64,000 bases of DNA, taken from positions 5 to 64,004 of the forward strand of contig JABCTJ010000008.1 in the NCBI GenBank assembly GCA_018238375.1. The letters are read 5' to 3'. Source of the stretch: Candidatus Thorarchaeota archaeon (lineage in GTDB: Archaea; Asgardarchaeota; Thorarchaeia; Thorarchaeales; Thorarchaeaceae). The position numbers and the translations under genes were made by a program. Shown here in pieces: positions 53,948 through 64,000 of this stretch; the first letter of the stretch is position 1, and the number at the start of each line of letters is the position of its first letter. The notes under the pieces are model-generated. The model made no database searches. It saw only the letters and a program-made list of their open reading frames with translations, and was not told where the DNA came from.

Positions 53948-54021
53948 GCGGCCATGGTCTAGTTTGGTTAGGATGGAAGCTTCCCAAGCTTCTCGCCCGG
54001 GTTCAAATCCCGGTGGCCGCA
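53948..54021 (+). tRNA. tRNA-Gly (anticodon CCC), no encoded CCA
   Basis: GCGGCCA-TG-GTCT..-GAAGC-TTCCCAA-GCTTC-TCGC-CCGGG-TTCAAAT-CCCGG-TGGCCGC-A. Confidence 0.9.
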
Positions 54022-54283
54022 CATTCTTGTTCCTATATCCCACCCTAGGTAGGCTACCATCTGCACATGCCATGCTCCTGCAGTCAAGTTTAAGGGCAAT
54101 GCGATGAATCTATCCTTGGCGAGTGATGATTGCTATGACCCCGATGAGTCAAACATGACGATGATATGGATCTTGAGTGAGGAGCTCGCCACAATTACTT
54201 TCGGCAACCTCTGCCGTCAGTGTGCATTTAATCGCACACTGCACATAATGCTTTTATGCAGCCATACGTGAGCAAACAATGAG

Positions 54284-55477
54284 ATGCCCCGCGATTATGT
54301 TGAGGAAGAACTGGGTCGACACAGTGTATTCAAGGCAGAACAATTTCTATCCATAGACTATGTCCCTGAAGTTCTTCCACATCGAGAACTAGAACTAAGG
54401 ACTTTGGCACAGAGCTTCAAGACACTCATAACAACTCCAGGGCGCACCAGTCAGCGATTTATAATTGAAGGTCCAGTCGGGACCGGCAAGACTGCCGTTG
54501 CGAAACGTTTCACAGAACAAATGGTTCAAGCCGCTGAGAGACGCGGAATTCGTCTGCATAAGCTTCACATCAACTGCAGGATTAACAAGAGTGAGTACCT
54601 AGTATACTTACGAATGCTAAGAGAATTTAAACCGAAATTTCCCCGTCGAGGCCATTCACCCGAAGAGCTTTTGCAAATGCTAGTTGAAGTCCTAGACATG
54701 GAGGACCGGTATCTGCTCCTGATTCTAGATGAACTTGACTACTTCATCAATCAGAGGGGGGCTAACATTCTATATGACCTTACACGTCTAATGGATGATC
54801 GATTGAATGCGCCACAACGGCTTTCCATGATTGCGGTAGGACGAAACATCCCTCTAGACCGGGACACCCTCGATTCAAGTATTTTAAGCACGCTCCAGCG
54901 GAATCTTATGCGGTTTGAGAGATACAGTTCAGAAGCTCTCTATGCTATTCTGGAAGATAGAGTAAAGATTACTTTCAAGAATGACACAATAATGGACGAA
55001 ACACTGCAGGTAATTTCTGACATCGCATCAGAACATGGAGATGCCAGATACGCCATCGAACTACTGTGGCGAGCAGGAAAACAGGCTGATCGTAGCCGAG
55101 TTAGAGTCGTAATTCCCGATTATGCTCGCCAAGCAAAGGTTGACACACATCCCGAGCTCCGGAAGGAAATTTTCGCAACACTTCCCATTCACAACAAGCT
55201 AGTCCTTCTGGCTGCAGCGAGACAACTCAAGGAAGTTAGGAGTGCTTACGTGACAATGGGGGAGGTTGAAGAGATGTATAGAGCAGTCTGCGAGGAGTAT
55301 GGCGAAGAGCCACGGGCACACACTCAAGTCTGGGAATGGGTTCAAAATCTTAACGCACATGGTGTAGTAGATACAAAGCGCTCTGGAGCGGGCCAAAGAG
55401 GGCAGACCACACTCATTGGCCTTTCTGATGTGCCTGCCGAGATGTTAGAACGATTTCTTTTGGAACTGCTAGAATAA
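54284..55477 (+). CDS. cdc6: Orc1/Cdc6 replication initiator
   Basis: 397 aa. YVPEVLPHRELELRTL, IIEGPVGTGKTAVAKRF, LLILDELD, GDARYAIELL and a C-terminal winged helix. Confidence 0.9.
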   Translation: MPRDYVEEELGRHSVFKAEQFLSIDYVPEVLPHRELELRTLAQSFKTLITTPGRTSQRFIIEGPVGTGKTAVAKRFTEQMVQAAERRGIRLHKLHINCRINKSEYLVYLRMLREFKPKFPRRGHSPEELLQMLVEVLDMEDRYLLLILDELDYFINQRGANILYDLTRLMDDRLNAPQRLSMIAVGRNIPLDRDTLDSSILSTLQRNLMRFERYSSEALYAILEDRVKITFKNDTIMDETLQVISDIASEHGDARYAIELLWRAGKQADRSRVRVVIPDYARQAKVDTHPELRKEIFATLPIHNKLVLLAAARQLKEVRSAYVTMGEVEEMYRAVCEEYGEEPRAHTQVWEWVQNLNAHGVVDTKRSGAGQRGQTTLIGLSDVPAEMLERFLLELLE

Positions 55478-55485
55478 TCCATGAT

Positions 55486-55782
55486 GTGGTGACCCCTATG
55501 GATTTGCAAATACAGACCAAGATTCCCATTGAAGAGCTATTCTCTTCGAGGGGGCGAATCAAGATAATCAAAGAACTTGCAACATCAAGCGAGCTAAACA
55601 TCACAGAACTATGCAAACGCGTAGGCCTTAATCATAGCTCAACAAAACAACATCTCACGGTCCTTATGAAAACCGGCCTTATTGAAGAGAAGGTCTTTGG
55701 AAGAATCAAGATCTATAGATATCGCATCGAGGACATACGTGCCCGTTCTCTTAGGAATCTCATTGATTTGTGGGAATCATAA
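55486..55782 (+). CDS. ArsR-type winged-helix transcriptional regulator
   Basis: 98 aa. RIKIIKELATSSELNITELCKRVGLNHSSTKQHLTVLMKTGLIEEK. Confidence 0.7.
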   Translation: MVTPMDLQIQTKIPIEELFSSRGRIKIIKELATSSELNITELCKRVGLNHSSTKQHLTVLMKTGLIEEKVFGRIKIYRYRIEDIRARSLRNLIDLWES

Positions 55783-55798
55783 TGGAGACCGGAGTCAA

Positions 55799-56629
55799 TT
55801 GACCTCTTACATTGGACGACTTTTCTATCTCGGGGATGAATATCATGGGTCCCAGTGGCAACCTGGTCTACGTACAGTTCAGGGCGAGCTTATCGATGCC
55901 TTAGCTGCATGGAGCGGAGAAACTCATTCCCCCTCCACAGTTCAGCTTGCTGGCAGGACTGATAGAGGAGTGCACAGCATCGGTCAGATAGTGTTAGTCC
56001 AGACGGGCAAGCGTTTCGATGTTGATGGTGTAAACAAACACTTACCAGATGACATCAGACTGTGGGCACATGCTGAAGTTCCCAAAGATTTCAAACCGCG
56101 CTACAATATACTCATGCGACATTACAGGTACTATCTTGATACCACAAAACTCAATCTTGATTTTTCCTTGATGAAACAAGCTACACAACTCTTAACGGGG
56201 TCACACAATTTTTCGTTGTTGTCAAAGCCTGATGGAAACCGTGGCACATCTGCCACAATCCTGAATATATGCCTAAAAGCATCAAACGGGACCCTCTCGA
56301 TTGATGTCTTTGGCATTAGTTTTCTCTGGAAACTTGTTCGAAAAATGGTTTCTCTATTGACCCGGATTGGGAATGGCGAACTTCAGCTGAACGCAGTGCG
56401 CAAGCTCTTGGAACAAACCAACGTACTTCCCGGGGGAATCAACCCCTCTCCTCCAGAGAGTCTTGTTCTGTTGGATGTAATAGTGCCGATTCGTATGAAT
56501 GTGAGTAAATACGGTAGACGAAGAATGCAAAAGGAACTCGCAAGACGACTTGGCTATCTTCACAGATCTACTATGATTCTTTCCGCTCTTACCGAGCACT
56601 TCGACTCCGGTCGAAGGCACCACTCTTGA
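55799..56629 (+). CDS. truA: tRNA pseudouridine synthase A
   Basis: It has YLGDEYHGSQWQPG and GRTDRGVHSIGQIV (catalytic Asp). The ORF opens at 55682, but homology starts near the in-frame TTG at 55799, so the start is uncertain. Confidence 0.8.
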   Translation: MTSYIGRLFYLGDEYHGSQWQPGLRTVQGELIDALAAWSGETHSPSTVQLAGRTDRGVHSIGQIVLVQTGKRFDVDGVNKHLPDDIRLWAHAEVPKDFKPRYNILMRHYRYYLDTTKLNLDFSLMKQATQLLTGSHNFSLLSKPDGNRGTSATILNICLKASNGTLSIDVFGISFLWKLVRKMVSLLTRIGNGELQLNAVRKLLEQTNVLPGGINPSPPESLVLLDVIVPIRMNVSKYGRRRMQKELARRLGYLHRSTMILSALTEHFDSGRRHHS

Positions 56630-57809
56630 TTTCCAGCCAGCGAGCAAAGACTCCTTTCAGATTCGGTTCTCGCTCAATTATTTTCTCAATCGTATCCTGA
56701 TGAGTGCGAGCGCCTCTTCTAACTGAAACCCCCGTAAATTCCGTAAGTTTCGTGAGAATTTGCTTCTTTTTCTCCTGCTTTCTGTTTCCTTGCCAGACCA
56801 ACAATGGCCAATTGGGTTCAGTATAATCAACATGTCGAAATGGAGATTCTTGTCGACTTGTCGCTACTCCTGCAGAGAGGAAGTCATAGACATAAGAGAG
56901 CAGTTTCCAGTTCTGCTTTCGCATTATTCGTCCCAGAGTGAGGTCTCCAAGAGATAGCGCCTCAAATCCCAAGTCCAATTCCTTTGTACTCCTAAGATGG
57001 AGATGCACATTCTGCTCAAGCCACAGCAGTAGGCTCTCATGATCGACATCAGCTTCAGACACAACTCTCCGTGCTGCAACTGAGTCAGTAGTCATGAAGA
57101 GTCGACTAAGTGTTTCCTTCACATTGCGCTTGATGTCCCGCGAGGGAAGTTCTCCCTCTAGAGGATATCCTCCTCTCAGAATAGCTTCCAAGTCTGAAAT
57201 CGCAGCACGAAGGTCTCCGGCAGAGCGATCTGCTATCTCCTCTAGAATCTTATCTTTCACAAGTGCATCTTGACTATCAGCTATCCCCTTCAACACACCC
57301 ATAACATCACTGGGTTCTAGAGGTTCAAAGACCAAAACAAGAGAGTTTTTTCTAAGGTCTTTCAAACGGGGACTACTAGGATTATTCGCTGTCATCACAA
57401 TTGGATGTACAGACTCTGCAATCACATTCAGTATTGCGCCAACTCCTCCTCGATCACTTGTTCCCGAAAGCCCATCCACTTCGTCGAGCATAATTATCCT
57501 CAGACGTCCATCTAGAGTCTGCTGCGTGGCAGCTATCCAAACAGTTGTTCCTATACTCCCCTTGTTGCGCTTATCACTTGCATTGAATTCAACTAGTTCC
57601 ATGTCTAGGTCGTGGCTCAATGCACCAATGGATGCTGTCTTTCCTACTCCCGGCGGACCGATAAGGAGTATTGCCTTTTTTTTAGGAATTCCTCTCCTCC
57701 AAGATGATATCCACTCCCTCAGCGTGCGAATTGTATCTGTATTCCCCACAAGCTGCTCCAAGCTTTTTGGCCTGTATCTCTCTGGCCATGGAAGGCTTTC
57801 TCTGCTCAC
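56589..57809 (-). CDS. rfcL: Replication factor C large subunit
   Basis: 406 aa. PWPERYRPKSLEQLVGN, LLIGPPGVGKTA and IMLDEVDG. Confidence 0.88.
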   Translation of the reverse strand: MSRESLPWPERYRPKSLEQLVGNTDTIRTLREWISSWRRGIPKKKAILLIGPPGVGKTASIGALSHDLDMELVEFNASDKRNKGSIGTTVWIAATQQTLDGRLRIIMLDEVDGLSGTSDRGGVGAILNVIAESVHPIVMTANNPSSPRLKDLRKNSLVLVFEPLEPSDVMGVLKGIADSQDALVKDKILEEIADRSAGDLRAAISDLEAILRGGYPLEGELPSRDIKRNVKETLSRLFMTTDSVAARRVVSEADVDHESLLLWLEQNVHLHLRSTKELDLGFEALSLGDLTLGRIMRKQNWKLLSYVYDFLSAGVATSRQESPFRHVDYTEPNWPLLVWQGNRKQEKKKQILTKLTEFTGVSVRRGARTHQDTIEKIIEREPNLKGVFARWLEIKSGAFDRSRSAR

Positions 57810-57815
57810 GTTCTG

Positions 57816-58760
57816 TCACAGCCCCATAAAGGCAAGTAATGCAGCCAGCTGAACTTCTCCATCTGCTCCCTCTGATATTCTAAACTCTACCTCTGCAGTC
57901 CTTTCTAGCACATTCATTTTTCTTTGCTCAGGGAGTTCGGACGACAGTACCTCTCGGTGAATTTGTCGAACCAAATCTACGGATGAAACGCCCTGATGAT
58001 ACGTCAGGTCCTTCAAGATATCAAGAGCCTCGTGATACCTTTTCTCCTGGGACGCACTCAGCATACTCCTAATTCTCTTAGGATCAGCTCGTCCAGAAAT
58101 TGCGTAGATAACATCGTCGGTGACTTTCTCACCTGTAGATGCTGATGCCTGTAACAAGTTGATTGCAGCTCTCATATCACCCTTGGAAAGATAGAGGATC
58201 GCATCAATTCCCTTAGTGCCCAGCTTGACTCCTTCTGCCTTTGCAATGTATTTCAGTCTCCCTAATATCGCTTCATCGCTAAGTCGAGCGAACTTGAAGA
58301 TAACACATCTTGATTGAATCGGCGGAATTATCCGGCTTGAGTAGTTGCATAATAGAATCATTCTACAGGACGCCGCATATGACTCCATGGTTCGTCTCAG
58401 AGCGTGTTGGGCATCTCCAGTCAGATGATCGGCCTCATCTAAGGCAAGAATCCTGAATGGGGCATCACCAGATGGCATCGCCCTTGCGAAGTTCTTAATC
58501 TGATTTCTCACGACATCGATGCCCCTTTCGTCACTCGCATTCAGTTCCATAAAGTTACGATCAAAGGAATCGCCAAAGAGGTCTCTTGCCATTGCCATGA
58601 CTGCAGTTGTCTTACTGGTCCCAGGAGGACCTGCGAATAGACAGTGAGGTACTGCTTTTGCCTTAACGAATCTGATTAACCTATCGACCACAGGCTCTTG
58701 CCCGATGATATCATTCAGTGTCTGAGGGCGATATTTTTCAGTCCATAGATCGACATCCAT
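57816..58760 (-). CDS. rfcS: Replication factor C small subunit
   Basis: 314 aa. LWTEKYRPQTLNDIIGQ, FAGPPGTSKTT, LDEADHLT and SRC motif (QSRCVIF). No intein. Confidence 0.92.
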   Translation of the reverse strand: MDVDLWTEKYRPQTLNDIIGQEPVVDRLIRFVKAKAVPHCLFAGPPGTSKTTAVMAMARDLFGDSFDRNFMELNASDERGIDVVRNQIKNFARAMPSGDAPFRILALDEADHLTGDAQHALRRTMESYAASCRMILLCNYSSRIIPPIQSRCVIFKFARLSDEAILGRLKYIAKAEGVKLGTKGIDAILYLSKGDMRAAINLLQASASTGEKVTDDVIYAISGRADPKRIRSMLSASQEKRYHEALDILKDLTYHQGVSSVDLVRQIHREVLSSELPEQRKMNVLERTAEVEFRISEGADGEVQLAALLAFMGL

Positions 58761-58934
58761 TCAAAATCCCTTCCCAAATGCAAAGTTGAAATTCCTGTCT
58801 TCTGTAGAGAGGAGTGATAGACACACTCTGCAAGACCCTTAAAAGATTCACCGGAGAGTCTTGATAGCTTTGCTACGTTCCCTATACATATGAACTGCAA
58901 CTAGTCTAGCATTCTCATACAAACAAGCATCTCT

Positions 58935-59567
58935 TTGTCACAATTCCCGTGCCATTTTACAGCAATGTCTTTATCACATTGGAATGCAGTTGCATGTAGT
59001 GCAACCATCATGAAGGTCCAAAGCGAATCTGCAGAAGTTATTGACCGCTTCAGAATGCTGTTCATGAATGACTCTCGAACGTGTACATTCAAGGAACAAG
59101 CCCCAGAGCTAATAATCGGAGGCCGAAAACTTGGTCCTTTTCAATCCGGTGAGCAAGCAAACCTACCGAATTGGGTCATAGAGCAACTCGTTATACATGG
59201 ATTGGCTCACATAGCTCCTGAAGATGCCTACGAATCGTTGAGACGCCTCCTGAATCTTCACCGGGAGGAGGAGAAACAACCTCACAAGCTTCAGACATTT
59301 CATCCATTTCTGTATGCCGCGCTCAACCGCAAGATGCTTCGACTCCAAGAGGACAGGACCTCAATGGATCCGCGCAGGTACGAGGAGATTGAGAGGATGC
59401 AGCGCATGATTCCGTTTTTAGTAGAAACTCGACTCTCCAAAATAATCCGCGTGGCCAAATCGGGTGCATATCAGGAAAAACGGAAGCAGATGACAAATGA
59501 AGAACGATGGTTGTGTGAGGAGATCGCAGAGCTACTCTCTGTTTGGCGCGCAAAAGTAATGGAATAG
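58935..59567 (+). CDS. GINS subunit (B-domain-first order, Gins23-like)
   Basis: A beta-rich N-part (PELIIGGRKLGPFQSGEQANLPNWVIEQLVIHGLA) is followed by a helical part (..YEEIERMQRMIPFLVETRLSKII). It lies directly upstream of mcm. The start is uncertain (possibly 59010). Confidence 0.65.
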   Translation: MSQFPCHFTAMSLSHWNAVACSATIMKVQSESAEVIDRFRMLFMNDSRTCTFKEQAPELIIGGRKLGPFQSGEQANLPNWVIEQLVIHGLAHIAPEDAYESLRRLLNLHREEEKQPHKLQTFHPFLYAALNRKMLRLQEDRTSMDPRRYEEIERMQRMIPFLVETRLSKIIRVAKSGAYQEKRKQMTNEERWLCEEIAELLSVWRAKVME

Positions 59568-59657
59568 ATCCCATGAAATACAGGAGCTTAAATACAATTC
59601 CAATGGACTTAACGATGAGGGCTGAGCAGATGCTCGGCCGAATCTCTCTTTCGTGCA

Positions 59658-61754
59658 ATGACTTCGAGGCGCAGTCTGATGTCAGGGCTTAATGATGAAG
59701 GTCCACAAGAACGATTCGAAGAGTTCCTTCGTACCTACAAGGATGAGGTAGGTAAGCTTGTTTATTGGTCACGTTTGCAGCAAATGTCTATTAACGATGA
59801 GTCTTCAATTGTTGTGAACTTTCAAGATTTGGCCAGCTTTGACAGTGTTTTCATAACGCTGGCCACAGAGGATCCCATGCAGTTCTTGAAGATGATTGAT
59901 AGTGCCCTAGTTTCAGTTTTAAAAATCGAGGACCCAGAGTATGTCAGCGCAATCGACACAAATCTGCTGAAAGTTCGAATTATTGATTATCCTGAGCATA
60001 TTCCGCTTAGATCTATTCGTTCGAAACATATCGGACGACTGTTGCACATCAGTGGCATCATGATGAGGGCGAGCATAGTCAAGCCGCTTCTAGTTGAAGC
60101 AATGTTCAGATGTCGCATCTGTGGTGGAGATATCCCTCAGACTCAAGAGGACGGAAGATACACAGAACCAGCACTTTGTCCTGTTTGCGGAAAGAAGACA
60201 GCTATGAGGCTTATCCCAGAACTATCCCATTTCATCGATTGGCAAAAGGTGAGAATTCAGGAATCCCCCGATGAGCTACCTCCAGGACAGATGCCGCGAT
60301 CCGTTGATGTTATTTTTGAGGGTGACATCGTTGACATATCAAGACCAGGCGATTTCGTAAAAGTAACAGGAATTCTTGAAACAACACCAGATTTCACCAG
60401 ACGTGGGAGCAGACTGGCAACGTTCAATGTATTTATCGATGCAAACGGGGTAGAGATTACAGAGAAGGAATACGAGCAGTTGGAAATCTCTGAGGACGAT
60501 GAGAAGAAGATTCGGGAGCTGGCGGAAGATCAGTATGTTTACGAGCGAATAAATGCTTCAATTGCCCCATCCATTCATGGCCACGAACAAATCAAGGAGT
60601 CAATTGCTCTTCTTCTTTTTGGCGGAGTTGAGAAAAAGCTGCCAGACGGCACCAGACTCAGAGGCAAATCGAATATCCTGATGATTGGGGACCCTGGCAC
60701 CGGGAAGAGTCAAATTCTCAAGTTCGTTTCTGGTTTGGCTGCACGAGCGTTGTACACTTCTGGCAAAGGTACTACTGCTGCAGGTCTTACTGCTGCAGTA
60801 CTCCATGATACCGAAACAGGTGCTATGACTCTGGAAGCAGGGGCATTAGTATTGGCTGACCAAGGAATCGCATGTATCGACGAGTTTGATAAAATGGACC
60901 CGAATGATAGGAATGCAATTCATGAGGCCATGGAACAACACACGGTCAGTATCGCGAAAGCTGGAATCATAGCAACATTGAATGCAAGAACATCAATATT
61001 GGCAGCAGCAAATCCAACGCTTGGCAGATATGAGCCTTCGCTTTCTGTACAGGACAATATACGACTTCCATTCACAATCCTCTCACGGTTTGACCTGATG
61101 TGGATTATGGTCGATACAGTGGAAGCCACCAAAGACCGAGAGCTGGCACAGTTCATTCTTAGTTTACATCAGAAGAAAAAGCCATCAACCAAGTCTGCAA
61201 CGCCGCCACTCTCCCCTGAATTTCTGAAGAAATACATTGGTTATGCCAATCGATACGTTGTGCCTCAACTCACTTCTGAAGCCGCAGAAGTGATTGAGAA
61301 CTTCTATGTTGACCTTCGAAAGACTGCTGAGGGCGGTGCCGCACCTGTTCCTATAACTGCACGTCAACTGGAGTCCTTGGTTCGTCTTGCTGAGTCAAGA
61401 GCTCGGATGGCGCTGAGGTCTAAGGTGAACAAGGAAGATGCGCAGGCTGCAGTGCGGCTAATGGAGGCGTCACTGCGAATGGTTGCACTCGATAGTATCA
61501 CTGGCAAAATCGACATAGACCGTCTAGTATCAAAAATGAGCGCATCCCAGCGTAGTTCTTCTGATATTATCCTCAAAGTGATGAAAGATTTGGAATCTGA
61601 AGGAACATCCACAGTCGATGAAGAGGCGCTGCTTCAACGAGTGCAATCAATGGGTCTCCCCCGCGATAGAGCGGAACAAGTAATCAAAAAACTAGTTGCA
61701 GAAGGCATCCTCTTTCATCCTAGGGAGGGCAAGGTTAGACGGGCCCAGAGTTGA
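59658..61754 (+). CDS. mcm: MCM replicative helicase
   Basis: 698 aa. A zinc motif (CRICGG...CPVCG), Walker A MIGDPGTGKSQ, Walker B CIDEFDKM, the arginine finger SRFDL and a C-terminal winged helix. No intein. Confidence 0.95.
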   Translation: MTSRRSLMSGLNDEGPQERFEEFLRTYKDEVGKLVYWSRLQQMSINDESSIVVNFQDLASFDSVFITLATEDPMQFLKMIDSALVSVLKIEDPEYVSAIDTNLLKVRIIDYPEHIPLRSIRSKHIGRLLHISGIMMRASIVKPLLVEAMFRCRICGGDIPQTQEDGRYTEPALCPVCGKKTAMRLIPELSHFIDWQKVRIQESPDELPPGQMPRSVDVIFEGDIVDISRPGDFVKVTGILETTPDFTRRGSRLATFNVFIDANGVEITEKEYEQLEISEDDEKKIRELAEDQYVYERINASIAPSIHGHEQIKESIALLLFGGVEKKLPDGTRLRGKSNILMIGDPGTGKSQILKFVSGLAARALYTSGKGTTAAGLTAAVLHDTETGAMTLEAGALVLADQGIACIDEFDKMDPNDRNAIHEAMEQHTVSIAKAGIIATLNARTSILAAANPTLGRYEPSLSVQDNIRLPFTILSRFDLMWIMVDTVEATKDRELAQFILSLHQKKKPSTKSATPPLSPEFLKKYIGYANRYVVPQLTSEAAEVIENFYVDLRKTAEGGAAPVPITARQLESLVRLAESRARMALRSKVNKEDAQAAVRLMEASLRMVALDSITGKIDIDRLVSKMSASQRSSSDIILKVMKDLESEGTSTVDEEALLQRVQSMGLPRDRAEQVIKKLVAEGILFHPREGKVRRAQS

Positions 61755-61780
61755 ACACAGAAGTCACAACAGGTGTCCCA

Positions 61781-64000
61781 ATGACAAGGAAGAAGAAGAC
61801 CCTAGAAAGCCTCCCAATCAATCGGAAGATCATCGATCTTCTTCATAGTTTCGGCATAAGCAAGCTCTTTCCCCCTCAAGAACATGCTTTTGAAACGGGT
61901 GTACTTGAAGGCAAAAATCTTGTGCTTGCAATCCCCACAAGCTCAGGAAAGACACTTGTTGCTGAGATCTGCATGCTCAAGACCATTTTGGAGGGGAACG
62001 GCAAGGCTCTCTATCTAGTTCCATTACGTTCTCTAGCCCATGAAAAATATGTTGAATTTAAGAAATATGAGCAGCTTGGAATCACGACAGCGATGTCAGT
62101 GGGAGATTATGACTCGCCAGGCACACGCTTGCGTGAAGCTGACATTGTCATACTGACAACAGAAAGGGCTGATTCGCTCATTCGTCATGGCACAAATTGG
62201 TTGAGTGAAATCGGAATCATTACGGTTGACGAAGTTCATCTCGTGAATGACCCGTCAAGGGGCCCCACAGTTGAGATGGTCCTGGCGAAGCTATTGCGAA
62301 TAATCCCGGGGATTCAGATTGTAGCGTTGAGCGCAACAATATCAAATGCTGAAGAGATAGCTGACTGGCTGGATGCAGAACTTGTGAAAAGCGATTGGCG
62401 TCCTGTACCATTACGCGAAGGAGTCCTACTCGATGGCACGATACTGTTCAATGATGGATCAACGAGGGGAATTAAGCGAGCTCGCAAAGAGGAATTAATT
62501 GATCTTGTTTGTGATATCCTTGATGAGGAAGGCCAAGTTTTGGTGTTTGTATCAAGTCGAAGGTCCACAGTATCAGTCGCTAAGAAATTAGCATCTAGTG
62601 TACGTCCATACGTTGCTAAAGATACTCTCACAGAACTCTCTAGAGTAGCTCGTCGAATCGGGAGTGGCGAGTCAGTTCCTGAATCGTCCAAGACTCTTGC
62701 TCGAGTTATGAGCATGGGTGTAGCGTTTCACCATGCTGGTCTGGCGAATCGCGAGCGCACGCATGTTGAGGAATGCTTCAAGAAGGACCAGCTGAAGGCA
62801 ATCGTTGCTACCCCCACACTTGCAGCTGGCGTAAACTTGCCTGCAAGACGAGTAATACTACGCGACTATCATCGTTTTGAAAAAAGTCGAGGACGCTATG
62901 CAATTCCCATACTTGAATACAAACAGATGGCGGGTCGTGCAGGACGACCTAAGTATGACAAGTATGGTGAAGCAATACTAATCGCGAAAACTGAGCAAGA
63001 ACAGGAGTCTCTGATGGACCATTATGTACTCTCAGAACCCGAATCAATCACTTCCAAGTTGGCTTCTCCCTCTGCATTACGCTCTCATTTGCTGGCATCA
63101 GTTGCCGCGGAGATGACGCGTAACCGTGATGAGATAGATGATCTGATCAGTGGCACTTTCTTCTCATCTCAATTTGAAGGCTGGGAAATTGAAGATCATA
63201 TCTCAGCTGCTTTATCTTTCCTTGAGAATGGCAGCCTGCTTGAGCGTAATGAGCACGGAACACTGGTGGCCACTCCTTTAGGTCAGAGAGCTTCCAAGTT
63301 GTACATAGATCCATACACCGCCATCCTGTTTCGAGATGCTCTCTCTAAAGCACAGGTTCTCTCATCGATTGGAGTGCTTCACCTCATTTGCCACACTCCA
63401 GATCAGCCTACCACTTATGTGGCCCGTTCTGAAATTGAGGATTATGAATACTACATCGAAGGTCACCTTGATGACTTTCTCGTAGACCCGCCAGACAGCT
63501 GGGAAGACCGAGATGCCTACTCTTCATTTCTAGCCCAAGTTAAAACCGCTCGTATGCTGCAAGATTGGCTCTCGGAGCGATCAGAGAGAGATATTACTGA
63601 GGACTATAGTGTCGGCGTAGGCGATGTTCGTCGCTACATCCAAACTGCTGGATGGCTGCTTTATTCTGCATCAGAGATTGCCAGAGTCATAGGGGCAACT
63701 CATCATGTGCCGCTTCTGCATACACTCCATTCGAGAATGAAATATGGAGTGCGTCAGGAGCTACTTGAACTTGTTATGCTCAGAGGAGTTGGACGCATCA
63801 GAGGAAGAATGCTACATAATCATGGACTGCGTGCAATGGCTGATCTGTATCATACACCCCTTGAGGAGATTGCGCGTGTGCCAACGATAGGCACAGGTGT
63901 GGCAACTTCAATCAAGAAACAATTGGGTATTGAGGTTGACACAATGGGCCAGCCTACTCAGGTCTCCTCAGATGATGAAGGCGATTTAAGCCCAGTACAG
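61781..64000 (+). CDS. Hel308/Ski2-like DNA helicase, 3' end outside window
   Basis: My translation from ATG 61781 gives MTRKKKTLESLPINRKIIDLL..FPPQEHAF..AIPTSSGKT...TVDEVHLV...SATISNAEE. The frame stays open to 64000, so the gene is absent from the ORF track. Confidence 0.88.
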   Translation, partial: MTRKKKTLESLPINRKIIDLLHSFGISKLFPPQEHAFETGVLEGKNLVLAIPTSSGKTLVAEICMLKTILEGNGKALYLVPLRSLAHEKYVEFKKYEQLGITTAMSVGDYDSPGTRLREADIVILTTERADSLIRHGTNWLSEIGIITVDEVHLVNDPSRGPTVEMVLAKLLRIIPGIQIVALSATISNAEEIADWLDAELVKSDWRPVPLREGVLLDGTILFNDGSTRGIKRARKEELIDLVCDILDEEGQVLVFVSSRRSTVSVAKKLASSVRPYVAKDTLTELSRVARRIGSGESVPESSKTLARVMSMGVAFHHAGLANRERTHVEECFKKDQLKAIVATPTLAAGVNLPARRVILRDYHRFEKSRGRYAIPILEYKQMAGRAGRPKYDKYGEAILIAKTEQEQESLMDHYVLSEPESITSKLASPSALRSHLLASVAAEMTRNRDEIDDLISGTFFSSQFEGWEIEDHISAALSFLENGSLLERNEHGTLVATPLGQRASKLYIDPYTAILFRDALSKAQVLSSIGVLHLICHTPDQPTTYVARSEIEDYEYYIEGHLDDFLVDPPDSWEDRDAYSSFLAQVKTARMLQDWLSERSERDITEDYSVGVGDVRRYIQTAGWLLYSASEIARVIGATHHVPLLHTLHSRMKYGVRQELLELVMLRGVGRIRGRMLHNHGLRAMADLYHTPLEEIARVPTIGTGVATSIKKQLGIEVDTMGQPTQVSSDDEGDLSPVQ

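Noticed and set aside
55682-55798. The N-terminal 39 codons of the truA ORF overlap the arsR-like gene.
   Set aside because: Homology to TruA begins only near 55799, and the upstream part lies in the coding region of the regulator. It is treated as a non-coding extension of the ORF.

Overview
This is a gene-dense archaeal chromosomal window with genes on both strands. The archaeal call rests on GatD/GatE, PAN, TFE, TFB, aMBF1, NAC, an Rpo8-like subunit, Orc1/Cdc6, RFC small and large subunits, GINS, MCM, Hel308 and spliced tRNA genes. I cannot assign a phylum from the sequence alone. I call about 55 protein genes and 7 tRNA genes (Arg-CCT, Thr-TGT, CAT, Leu-TAA, Val-TAC, Glu-CTC, Gly-CCC). 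Four tRNAs carry introns, two of them at non-canonical positions (T-loop and variable region). I found no rRNA, no CRISPR array and no recognisable transposase or integrase. Main points of interest: (1) An inverted pair of origin-recognition-box (ORB)-like elements flanks an AT-rich stretch at about 29.9-30.06 kb and is bracketed by identical palindromic 17-mers. A second ORB/iteron-rich spacer lies at about 34.0-34.4 kb. Both are far from the orc1/cdc6-RFC-GINS-MCM-Hel308 replication island at 54-64 kb. (2) An accessory-looking cluster at 40-53 kb holds a 1243-aa membrane-anchored HerA/VirB4-like ATPase with a long uncharacterised C-terminal half, two large sequon-rich surface proteins, a minimal Flp-like pilin, a TadA/VirB11-type ATPase, a divergent TFB paralog and an Rpo8-like gene. 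(3) Eukaryote-type LKR and SDH (saccharopine pathway) are encoded as two adjacent genes. (4) Two enzymes look degenerate: an EndA homolog without the catalytic His and a SufS-like protein without the PLP lysine. (5) A TGTAATACTT(A/G) motif recurs in intergenic spacers between 20 and 30.5 kb. All protein calls come from reading the supplied translations by eye; no database search was run.
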